DNA from: Flectonema sp. DT1601
Lineage: Eukaryota
Direction of reading: 5' to 3'
DNA length: 64,000 nucleotides
Assembly: GCA_964019425.1 (NCBI GenBank)
Contig: OZ025782.1
Location: 1,240,001-1,304,000 of the forward strand
Of the stretch, positions 11,657-22,367 are shown one piece after another; within the stretch, counting starts at the first letter, position 1, and each line of letters starts with the position of its first letter. The notes under the pieces are model-generated. The model saw nothing but the letters and a program-made list of their open reading frames with translations. It did no database searches and was not told where the DNA came from. The translations under genes and the position numbers were made by a program.

Positions 11657-12398
11657 TCAGCTTTTTGCAGTGCTTGCTAACTCGTTTTTCCAGGTGTCTC
11701 TGTTTCGTGTTAGCTGATCAACGATTGGTTGCAGTTCTGGAATCCCTTTGACGAGAAGTTCGTACATTGGAATCCCAACATTATCCATGAAACCAATCTG
11801 ACCTTGAGCTAATTCTATTCCATTCTGTCTATTAAACATCGGAGTTACATCTAACCCAACAGCTTTCTCAGTGTCACCTTGCCAATGAAATTCCGAAGTA
11901 ACATACTGAGCCCACGTTTTACTAATAGGAAACGGTCGAGTTATATTGGAGATATCTGCAGCCTTCAGCAGCAGCAACAACATCGAACGACGATGTGCAA
12001 TGTCTGAAACATCATAATCTAAACACATGCTTTCAAAGTCAGTGCAGATCTCTTCGTGTCTGTGGGTTTTTTTTTTCTTTCTGCACATTTCATACTTTCG
12101 TATTTTCAAAATAAATATATACCTCGCCATGTCAGTTCCTAGAATACATTCTATGATTGTTTTCCAAGCGTCTTTGGCTTGTTGCTGATCGAGACCACTA
12201 AAAACATTCGTGGAAGGGTCGCTGTGATGTTGTTAATAAGGATCTCTGTGACATTATGAATCATAATAATAGATTTTTATATAAAAAAACAATACCTTAA
12301 AATATCAATAGTCATGTTACAATGGTGAACTTCAAGAACTGACCTGCTACCAGAAGTACTGTTTTGATGATTTTTGTTAAACCACCAGAGCGACTTGA

Positions 12399-12435
<37 letters not shown>

Positions 12436-15354
12436 TGCATACCTTGATAAAACCCCTAGAGGTGTTTCAGCCTTTAATTGAAAAGAGTTATTCAACCCCA
12501 TGTGATCAATGTCATGACAAAGTGCTGTAACAATTAGAGCAAACCTCTCCAAGTTAGTTAAATATTTTCCCTCAGGCATCAGTTTTAAATAAACACACAG
12601 AGCTTGAGTGACATCAAAAGCATGAGTAAAATTATGATATGGAACATTTCGATATTTTCTCTGAACTACTTTAACGAACTGTAAAATCTGAGCTTCAGTG
12701 ACGCTGAATTCTTGAGGGACATTAAACGAATAGAATAGCTCCACGGCTAGTCTAGGAAGCCTACCATGACCTGTTGCGTTTGAAATATTATAATTGTGGA
12801 TTGGAAATTCAGGTTTCAGCAGTAAACTCATCTCATCTTTTGTTAAACATTCTGCTTTCGCACGAAAGGACGGTGAGTCTACGAAGTCTTTCAATTTTCG
12901 AATTGTTCCTGCCTTGTGCGTCAACACAGACTGTGTCTTCTGAGGTTGTCCCATTAGCCTCATTAATCTACTGCGAGCATCACCTGCACTCTTCATGAAC
13001 TGTACTAAGGATGATGTTCTCAGACACATGGAAGCGAAACTTATAAAAATATCCATCATATGTAAGTCAGAGCTACTGAAAAATCCAGTTTCGGAATCTC
13101 GATTACAAAGGACTGATACAAAGATTACTTCATCATCAAGACTTTTTATTGGAAGGCATAGAAGTTGTCGTATACTAGGAATATGACGACATATTAAATC
13201 CGATTGTATCGCAACTGATTTATCATCTATGCCGAAAACAGCTCTAGTACCTGACATAACAGCTGGTTGGATTATTGTTTCCTCTAGTTGGATAGCTTCA
13301 ATAGGTCTGGCGACGTTGACTAATCGATTTCGCTCTTTTTCAACCATCCAAAGATCGCTTGCTTCACATGGCATGAATATTTTCGCATTCTCTTTCACTT
13401 TCATCTGTATAGCAGACATGTTCATAATGTCAACTCTTTGGAGAGATTCAGCTGCTTCTACCAGTCGTAAGTTTGTTTTTCTTTCCTCTAATACTCTCCG
13501 ATGTTCGAAAGCATTTCCTAAATGTGCTCCACAGAAAGTATTAAATCCAACAAACGTCTTCTCGTCTTCAATGGTAAAACCATTAAGATCATTCTTATTG
13601 ACTAACTGCGTCACAGCGATGACTTTATCCTGTCGTAGGATAGGAGCACATAAGATACTAGTCGTCTTACGGTCAGTTAATTTATCTAATGAATCACTGT
13701 AGTGTGGATGGTTAAGTGCTTCATTCGTTCTTACAACTTCACCACTTCGAGCAACATAACCTTCAATTCCAGTATTAATATCAAACGTGTGGAGTGATCC
13801 GTTTACAACAGTTTGAAGTCCTTTTCCATCGTCAGACATTAGATATAAATTATTACTCTCACTGTTTAATAAGTCATTAGCTGTGTGCATAATGGATTCG
13901 CATAATTTAGTTGCGTTGAGGGAATGCTCTCCAAGGTGTTGAGTCATATCTAGTAGTCTTTGAGTATTCCCATGAGACTTTTTAAGATCTCTGTATAAGA
14001 AACAGTTCTTACTGCAAGCGCTTGCAAATATTAAGAAAGCTGAGAGTAAATTTATATCGTCATCACTGAACTCTGTACCGTGAGATCGAAGTTTGTTGCA
14101 ACATTTACAGACGCCTACAACCTCACCATCCATTTTAATTGGAGCGTACACAACTTCAGTGACCGGTAGTTTCTCAGTATGTTTGTGTTTTGATGCTCTT
14201 ACGGTTGTTAGCGATACAGGACAGGCACTCTTTATAACTACTGCTTCAGGGCCTTCAGTCGGAATAGGCATGCTTAATTCTATTAGGGCACTGTTTCTTC
14301 TTGCTTCTCCACTATAAGCAAGTCTTTCTTGATCTTCGGATGCATCAGCTGTACTTCCTACAGCAGTGACGTCTGCTGTTAGTTGGTTAGTCTCTTTGTC
14401 CATCCACCAAATTGTGCATGTTCCGGATTTCAAAAGCCAGTTGACTTCCTTGCAAATATATTTTGAAAGATACTGTCGGTCACTTGTTGCGCATCCAACA
14501 ACCTCTGCTGCTGAAGTCAAAAGATTAAATTCAGGAACTTCAAAATCGTCGTCGTCTCTCTTTGAAACAACCCTCCGACCACCACCAGCAATGTCAGAGA
14601 GAAGTTGACTGAAGCAACTGGAACGTGATTCCAGACTGTCTCCGAGGTCGTCATTATCGAAGCTGTCTGCAGGAGACCAAGCCGTGTTATCAAATAGCTG
14701 CGGTTTTGATGTTGTATCATTTACTAATCCAACAAGGCTGTCTTCCATATCTTCACCACCAAGAGAGTTACTACCTTCAACTATTTCACATTGAGTTGGC
14801 TTTACGTTCATTATTTGTTTTGTGAGGTTTTGTATATCAAAATCTTCAGACAGCTTAGCATCTGACTGTACAAGATCGAGAGCCTCTCTTAATCTCTTCA
14901 GGACGAACTCCCGCTTATCAGCTGTATTACGTGACAGGATCGCCTTGAATGAATTGCAACTTGTAAGTTTAAGTTTACGACCTGAGCTTTTAATCTTTCT
15001 TATGTTCGGCTTGGATCCAAATTCATTAATCTGACGAGCCCTTTGCGGACTGTTGCCAGGTGATTCGTTGCCCAGTTGAGTTATTTCTTCGACTTCAGTT
15101 GTTTCCTCACAGATGGGTTTCTTTAAATCTGGGATGTCATTCTCTTGGATCACCTCCTTGTGGTTGTCTGCTGCGCTCGTTTCTATTACGCATTCCGGTT
15201 TTTCGTATTTACTACTGCTGATGACCGGTAAGTTTACGGGGTTAGAAACCTTCTTTTCAGTAGTAACTTTATCATTCTGTTTATTCTTCTCGCTTATCGA
15301 CTTTGTTTCATATTTTTCTCGGGGTGGTGCGGGTTTGCTGCTTCCTGCTCCCAT
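11657..15354 (-). CDS. PDEB: GAF-domain class I cyclic-nucleotide phosphodiesterase (PDEB-like), 4 exons, ~1158 aa
   Basis: Exons 15354-12443, 12358-12296, 12221-12123 and 12059-11657 join in frame via GT-AG introns. This restores YHNFTHAFDV, HDIDHMGLNNSF, SVLEVHHC, GTDMARH, KAADISN and EFHWQGD. N-terminus MGAGSS fits myristoylation. GAF NK..F...D motifs present. Confidence 0.93.
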
Positions 15355-15603
15355 TCTCAAGTCACAACATCAATTTTTTATTCTTTTTATTAGAGTGTGC
15401 CTTGCTCGTTGGGAGCGGGTATCAAGTCTACAATGAAGGAATGTTTATAATTCTCGTTATGATTTGAATCTAATGCAAAATGTAAGTGTTTGGCTCTGGT
15501 TGTAAAAGAAAATGAAATATAATGACACAAAGAAGTTTTGGTTACGATAACGAGCAACAGCTGTGGATAGAAGCTGTTTGCAAAGAAGGCGAGAGTCACT
15601 ACA

Positions 15604-16248
15604 TTAAGAAGCTTCGTTTAACTGAAGTAATAAGTTTTCTCCAGCTTCAGCCAGACACTGTCCACTACGAGTCGTTACAAGAACTTGTTCTGCAGTAACA
15701 GGCCTGATGAGTTGCAAAGCAGAGATGGCATGTTGGCGATTTAACTTGCCAGCTGATCTTAGTGCCAGGTAGGCTGCTATCCCTGATCGATGCATACCTG
15801 CAGAACAGTGGATTACTGTTTTATGATTATTTGGTAGATTATAAAATATTCTCGGAATAGTAGAAAGGATTGCTGTGTCATTAGAAGTAAAGTGTCTTCC
15901 TGAAATAGGAAGATGAACCCATGAGATGTTCAACAGATTACATGTTTCTCCGATTTCAGTACAAGTTCGTTCATCGTTTCTCAAAAGAGTTATAACATTG
16001 GTAACTCCGCTATCCTTCCAACTGTGAATAGAATTGGTAGAAGGTGCACCTGTTACAGTTATCATTCCATTACCAAGCCTTCCCCAACAGCTATTAGCCT
16101 TAGCGTTCTTCTTACTCTTTTGAAGGATTGCTGCTGTCGGCTTAAGAGAAACATCGTGATGTGAGAGGAGCCGTTTACAAATCTCACACACCCAGACATT
16201 CTCATCTGTTGGTTTAAACCCACTGCATGGATCAAGACATTGCTGCAT
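15604..16248 (-). CDS. CX5R protein tyrosine/dual-specificity phosphatase-like protein
   Basis: 214 aa with P-loop VIHCSAGMHRSG, GVTNVITL, WVHLPI and a Cys/His-rich N-terminus. Confidence 0.85.
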   Translation of the reverse strand: MQQCLDPCSGFKPTDENVWVCEICKRLLSHHDVSLKPTAAILQKSKKNAKANSCWGRLGNGMITVTGAPSTNSIHSWKDSGVTNVITLLRNDERTCTEIGETCNLLNISWVHLPISGRHFTSNDTAILSTIPRIFYNLPNNHKTVIHCSAGMHRSGIAAYLALRSAGKLNRQHAISALQLIRPVTAEQVLVTTRSGQCLAEAGENLLLQLNEAS

Positions 16249-16399
16249 GTGTCAGCTGTGAAATAAAATATTGTATTCGTTGCCTGAATGCTCCTAAAAT
16301 GACGACGTGGGTGAACAACGAAAAGGCACACACATCGCGGCATTGTACAAGAAGTGCCGTCAATAAAATAAATTAACAGGGGTACATCTGCACCAAATG

Positions 16400-17836
16400 C
16401 TACCAGTTGGATCTCGGTCCCCAAACCCCGGAAGAAATCGGAGTGTTTGGCAATAGAACCACCCCAGATATCCAGGGGGTTATTTCAGGTGATGAGGGAT
16501 GTCGTTTTCGAAAGGCAGCGGACTGGACACCTCTCATGTTGACTTCAGGTAATTGTGGATGTTCAGTAAACCGTAGCCAACAATCTCCAGCTGTGTGAGT
16601 GTGAGCATCTGGTTCAAAACAAACAGGTGAATCAACTGGACAATAAACCCATGAATTACAAGGTAAGTTACTACCAACTCCTCCATCAGCACGGGGCTTG
16701 TACCTCACACATGAGAGCGCACATTCTTCAGAAGACGATTTCTTATTTCCAATTCCCCAGAGTACTGTAATTCCATCATACGAAGCATGCTGTTCTCTGT
16801 AGCAGATCATCGTTGATGCAGAGTTAGATTTCATGTATTCGCTGTAAGCTTTGTTCGTATTACTCTCAACCAAACATTTATTTGAAATATTAAGATAGGC
16901 ATTTATTGCTGGGCTACCACAACTTCTTGAAAGGAATGAAGGTGGTTTTGTTTCAGAAGGTAAGTAACTAACATCTCGACAGGTGAAGGAACTGGTATCT
17001 TGCTGTGGATTGTACCGTTGTTTTGATCGGGTAGTCTTTCCAGAAGTCCAGGGATTTCCTGGACCACTACCTCGTAATGGTGTGTTTTCAGGATCACTTT
17101 GATACTTTAGCCAACACTGTTGGTATGTTCCTAATTTTGTACATTTCTTTTCATCAGCGCAGTAGACCCAGGCATTACATTGTGACCCGTCAGTTGCTTC
17201 ATAAGATCGACACTGCTCACAGCAATCTTCAACTGTGGGTAACAAATTATCACTTCCCCACTTCACTACATCTCCTTCTAATTCAACGTTTTGGTGACCG
17301 ACGCAGATTTCTTCTAATTTGACAGTGACTAAAATATCCTGAGGAGGTACAATTCCAAAGTTTGAAGCCGTCAAGGGAAACGAGTCTCGTTCACTACTGG
17401 TCAGTAACTCATACGACATTGACAATATGGTATCATTATTGCATGCTCTGTGTGACTGCAACAAACTAACAAAATCATCAAATGATTTTGATGATGATTT
17501 TAGTTTCACAGCGTACCTCCTTCCAGTAAATTGAATGAGGTAGGTGTGTAGTTGAGTACTACTTTTAAATGTTGGAAGGGATATTTTTGGAGCCCTAAGC
17601 CTCGCTTCTCGTCGTTTTCTAAGAATAACTCTCACTCTCTCAGCGTCGAGGTATCGCTCTTCTGCGACGGCTCGATCTTTTACGTCGTGTAGTTCATCAT
17701 CGGATCTCTGATCAATAAGCTCGGATGTATTCTTACTGTATAAAGTTTCAGAGATGTATTCCCTAACAGATATATACAGTGATACCACTACTAGTATTAG
17801 TATTACCTTACGCCTTGAAGGCATCACCGACGTCAT
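16400..17836 (-). CDS. type II membrane protein with two PAN/apple-like domains
   Basis: N-terminal TM anchor (VILILVVVSLYI). Two modules: CCEQC..CNAWVYC..QCWLK..PWTSG and CALSC..CNSWVYC..DCWLR..PWISG. Confidence 0.8.
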   Translation of the reverse strand: MTSVMPSRRKVILILVVVSLYISVREYISETLYSKNTSELIDQRSDDELHDVKDRAVAEERYLDAERVRVILRKRREARLRAPKISLPTFKSSTQLHTYLIQFTGRRYAVKLKSSSKSFDDFVSLLQSHRACNNDTILSMSYELLTSSERDSFPLTASNFGIVPPQDILVTVKLEEICVGHQNVELEGDVVKWGSDNLLPTVEDCCEQCRSYEATDGSQCNAWVYCADEKKCTKLGTYQQCWLKYQSDPENTPLRGSGPGNPWTSGKTTRSKQRYNPQQDTSSFTCRDVSYLPSETKPPSFLSRSCGSPAINAYLNISNKCLVESNTNKAYSEYMKSNSASTMICYREQHASYDGITVLWGIGNKKSSSEECALSCVRYKPRADGGVGSNLPCNSWVYCPVDSPVCFEPDAHTHTAGDCWLRFTEHPQLPEVNMRGVQSAAFRKRHPSSPEITPWISGVVLLPNTPISSGVWGPRSNW

Positions 17837-18421
17837 TTTTTTTTTTTTCTACAACAGTTAATAGCCAGAGTTGGTATCCATTTTGTTCTTGTCTGTATAA
17901 GAAGAAGGTTGCATAACAAAAAAAAAAAAAGAAACGTATTTTTTTTCATAATCCGTCTACGATATGAACTCGACAACGTCCTCAGCTGTTCAATCGATCT
18001 TAAATAAATTGAGAGAGAAATAGTAAACTTCCACAGCTGGTTCTTACCAGAAGAAAAAGCTCATTCAACACAGAGGGAAACACTTCGGCCCCTGGTGTAT
18101 AACCAATTACTTGGTACTGAGCCATCTTAGTGATAAACAGAACCAGAAGATGCAAAGCATTTTTAAAATAAAAATTAAATTAAAAAAAAACAACTTCGAG
18201 GATAACATATCTTCGGTTAAGGCATCCCCTGAACGCAGAGATATGAGAAATAGGAAATCAACGAGACTACGAGTTAGGTGATTGCTGTATACAGGAAGAA
18301 CATTAGTCAGCTCTTCGGTAATAGCAACACAGGTATCGTAATCTGTGGAATGTATAGTGGAATAGTTCTTTAAGTTAATTAAAGATTTCAATCATTTCGT
18401 TATTTTTAATAGTCCTGACAA

Positions 18422-19897
18422 TCAAGGAGGACAGTTAGCAGCACATCCAACTCCACTGATAGCTGGACCATGTTGCTTGTAGCACCAAGAGCCTGACTGG
18501 GTTGCAATGGCACCATTCACCGCAAAAATGGCCAAGTAATCAGTCGGACTGGTCGTCGTGAAGCTGGTGGTGCCTTGAGGAATGTGTTTGAAAAATGTCG
18601 TCATTGCGTACGAAGAGTCGCTTGCCGCTGCCATTGCTGGCTGAAATCTAGGAGCACAACTGCCCGACTGCCACTGCGAGGTCAGCAGAGCAGCTGGAAC
18701 ACCACCATTGGAAGCTGAGCACGCAGGACAAGTGAACACAGAGATGAAGAAGTCACATCCACTTGGGTCGCTGCACGACAGAGAGATCTCAGTACCGTCG
18801 CTGATTGGGTATGAGGTAGATAAGTGAACTGTCACGTCTCCAGCAGCATTGTCAAGAAACTGCGGGAACTGCACCAAGTCGAATGAAGTACCTCCAATCC
18901 TTTGTCCACTAAACTGAAACGACTGCCAGTTGCTTCCTCCACTCAAAACCACCGGTGCGAGCGGAGTCGGAGGGGTTTCGATGGCGGACACAACGCCACC
19001 CCAGCCATCAGCTATGAAGGCGTAACCGTTGGCGAATTGCACTTCCGCTACTATCCACGACGCCGATAAGGTTTGCGTGATCTGAACAGTAGCAGCGTCA
19101 GTGACATCCTCAACTACTCTCATTCCCCCCTGCCAGTCAGCCAGGTATCCATGAGTTCCATCAAGTGACAGACGAGTGGCAACAGTGGTGGCGAATGATT
19201 TAACAAATATTGGTGCTGTTGGTGTAGTCGACACATCTGTCACGTATGTAATAGTGTTAGTCAAAACATACAACACTCCATTAGGAGTGACTGCACAATA
19301 CTTCACAACACCACCTGGTGAATAAGTACCGACTACCGACGCAGTAGAGATGGTACTGATATCAATAATATGAACACCTCCTCCCTGATTACTAACGTAA
19401 GCATGATTGTTATGAATAGTAACAGCTCGAGAGATGTCTGCCATTGGAACGTTCTTTACGATTGCCATAGTCGAGAGATCAATTATCTGAAGACCTTCGA
19501 ACTTGTCAGCAATGAAAGCATACCCTCCACTGATATCACCCATGTAAGCTGTTCCAGGAGTTATTGTAGTGGCTGACACAGATGGAGTTGGAGTAGAAAC
19601 ATCAATCTTATGAAAGCCTCCATTCCAACCAACAACATAAACAAACTGTGAAGGGTTTGGGCCTAGTATGACATCTCTTCCATTACTACCAGGAAGTGGT
19701 AAGGTGCTCTCTAATAACATGTTAGCCGGATCAGTCACATCGACAACTCTGAACCCACCACCACCGTCAGCCACGTACATCTTGTTGCCGAATATCTTAA
19801 TACCGTAAGCATTCGTTGTTCCGACAGTATCAACAGCTTGCCAATTAGCGTTGACAGCTGCAACGATTGAGGCAAAAGCGAGGAGCAACTTCGACAT
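18422..19897 (-). CDS. secreted LVIVD-repeat (beta-propeller) protein with Cys-containing C-terminal domain
   Basis: Signal peptide MSKLLLAFASIVAAVNA from ATG 19897. Repeats GNKMYVADGGGGFRVVDVTDP, GGYAFIADKFEGLQIIDLS, NNHAYVSNQGGGVHIIDIS and GTHGYLADWQGGMRVV. Confidence 0.85.
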   Translation of the reverse strand: MSKLLLAFASIVAAVNANWQAVDTVGTTNAYGIKIFGNKMYVADGGGGFRVVDVTDPANMLLESTLPLPGSNGRDVILGPNPSQFVYVVGWNGGFHKIDVSTPTPSVSATTITPGTAYMGDISGGYAFIADKFEGLQIIDLSTMAIVKNVPMADISRAVTIHNNHAYVSNQGGGVHIIDISTISTASVVGTYSPGGVVKYCAVTPNGVLYVLTNTITYVTDVSTTPTAPIFVKSFATTVATRLSLDGTHGYLADWQGGMRVVEDVTDAATVQITQTLSASWIVAEVQFANGYAFIADGWGGVVSAIETPPTPLAPVVLSGGSNWQSFQFSGQRIGGTSFDLVQFPQFLDNAAGDVTVHLSTSYPISDGTEISLSCSDPSGCDFFISVFTCPACSASNGGVPAALLTSQWQSGSCAPRFQPAMAAASDSSYAMTTFFKHIPQGTTSFTTTSPTDYLAIFAVNGAIATQSGSWCYKQHGPAISGVGCAANCPP

Positions 19898-22266
19898 TTT
19901 TAGGAATGTGAAAACTGATTTGAGAAAATTACAATACGATCTGAGACATGTCTCCTCTTCAGTTGATACGAACACTTTGAATACTTCCCTAAAAAGCAAC
20001 TTCATATTATATTAACCTTAAACAATGAATTCCATCACAGCAGTGAGTACTTCTCGCACATGCATGACCTATATAATAGCATATGAGTAATGATTATGTT
20101 TTGACAAATCGTAGCAATCAAAAAAAAAACAGCAACACGATATTAGTTAGAATATGAGTTTATTTAGTTAGTATCATTAATTTTAGAACAGAAAAGTGAG
20201 AATAAGAAAAGTAAAAATCAATAAAAGAAAAGTATTCATTTCTCAGAGTTTATTTAGTTAGTTATATAACCCAAAGTTGTTGTATATTATGTGTGCTAAA
20301 AAACTCACGGCAACAGACGACCCAATTCGTAGCCGTTTCTGAAGATTCGGCATGAGCTTCAAGTGAAAGATCGATGAAACAATCTCCAGCTTTCCACCTC
20401 GCCTAGCTTATTAAATGTTCGAACTAAATAAAGAAATAAGCGACGATTTCTTTTTTCGGTTGGTAAATAGGAAATATAAGACAAATGTTGTCTTTTGTAA
20501 GAGAGTAAATTGCATGAATCCGTGGTGAGATTCGTGGTAAAAACAAAATATATTATAATAATAAAAAATTAAAAAAAAACATCACAACTAAACATGTGAG
20601 AATAAAAGTTCGCTGTGTTCCCCTCAGGAAGTGTGAAGAACACTTGAGGAGTTCGCTTTAGGCACAAATGTACCATTCTATTCTGTTTTTCCCCTCGAAG
20701 TCAGAGAAGTCAACCTCAGGAAGCTCATAAGGGGTAACAGGAATTCAGTACCGCAAGAAAAGACATAAGTTTACTGACAACCCAAACTCAAACACCCACA
20801 ACAAAAAAAAAGAATAAAAAAAAAAAAAAAAAAAAAAAAAATTATTCAAAAAAAAGATATAATTGAAGTGCCATCATGTGATGAAATCGTACGCAATAAA
20901 ACACACAGGCTTCACTGAAGCATGAACCAAATTGCCGAAAATATTCCCGACATGTATCAGTTGGTAGTCAGTAACCAGAGCTTCTTCCCGGGGGGTAATC
21001 CGTAAAAAACAAAACACTCAAACAACAAAAAGAGGAGGGAAAAGTCCATATCAGGCCTGGTAAGAGTATTGATATTTAGTTTAGTTTAATTAGCAAAATA
21101 CAAACTGATGACTACGAGGGGTCTGGGTAGCCCGCATCAGTAAGGACCCAATCGCGAAGATTGTAGTTTCATAGTATTGGCTGGAAGTGATCGACTTCCA
21201 GCCTCCACCTTGCCCAGAGGCTAACAGGTTGTAAACAAGAAAAGAAAATAAAAGAGAAATGATCTGGAAGTGGGGGGAAGGTGAAAAAAATAAAAAATCT
21301 TCTTTCTTTCATATACATCTTTCTTTATAATACGACCACATGTGCCATATTCCCACACTCCACGAAAGAAAATAGAAACCCCCGGAACAGTACCGAGGAT
21401 CGTTCACCCCCAGTTGTCCAAAAAGCATTATAAGTGTACTGTGGGCTTACCGAAAAGCTTTAGAAATGTACCACAAAAGATTTGGGCAGCACATAGCCAT
21501 ATCACTCAGCAAGAAATGAAAACCAAAAGGATCAGGTAAGATGACAGTCAGTTTAAGGTCATAACTGCGCCGGACCTGATGTGTGAAACAAAAACTAAAT
21601 TATAAAAAAAAATTACAATTAGTCGTATTTACCCAGAATCGGAAAGGAAATTTACTCGACGGTCGGGGAAAGTTCGAAGAACAAACAGTCCTGAGAACTT
21701 AAGAACCCAACAGAGGGCAGAATTGAGGAGAGTCTTACCAGAACGTAATAATTTGATTAAAGCTTCTCAGAAAGAATGTATTTTCTATGACTTTAGAAAT
21801 GTTATTCCTGTGAGAGGAAGTTAGAGAATCACTTGTTACAAGGTGCTTTTTCGCCAGAAGCTGGTCCATGTTAGCGATGCAACTAGAGAAAAGAAAAAGG
21901 GAGGAAAACACGGAGGCCAAACGGAAAACGGAATTGAGTAATGGTCAATTATATTTTCTTTTTAAATTTTTAAACAAAAAGTGTGGGCGCAAAAAAAAAA
22001 AACAAGATCATGTATCAAGCCTAAAAGAAATGATCACCTAACACGCTCATATGAGAGTTTGAGGTAACAAGTTCCTCAATTCTCTTTGTGCTGTAACGTG
22101 AATACCAACCAATTGGCTTATTGTTCTTGTTCGTAACGTTTAAAGAGAAAGATGGAGAGGAGAGAGCAATATGAGACAACAAAAAATAATTGTTCAACTT
22201 TGCTGATCTCACATATTTTATACATAAGTCAAAGAACTGGATGACCTCTAAAAGGAAGGGGGAAAA

Positions 22267-22298
<32 letters not shown>

Positions 22299-22367
22299 CT
22301 AATGATAATGATAATAATGTTACTATAAAGGCAATACGACTTACAATAAAACAGACCAACATCGTAG

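Noticed and set aside
21046..21069. U1 snRNA-like 5' end (ATACTCTTACCAGG, minus strand)
   Set aside because: Imperfect match to ATACTTACCTG, with no recognisable U1 stem-loops or Sm site.
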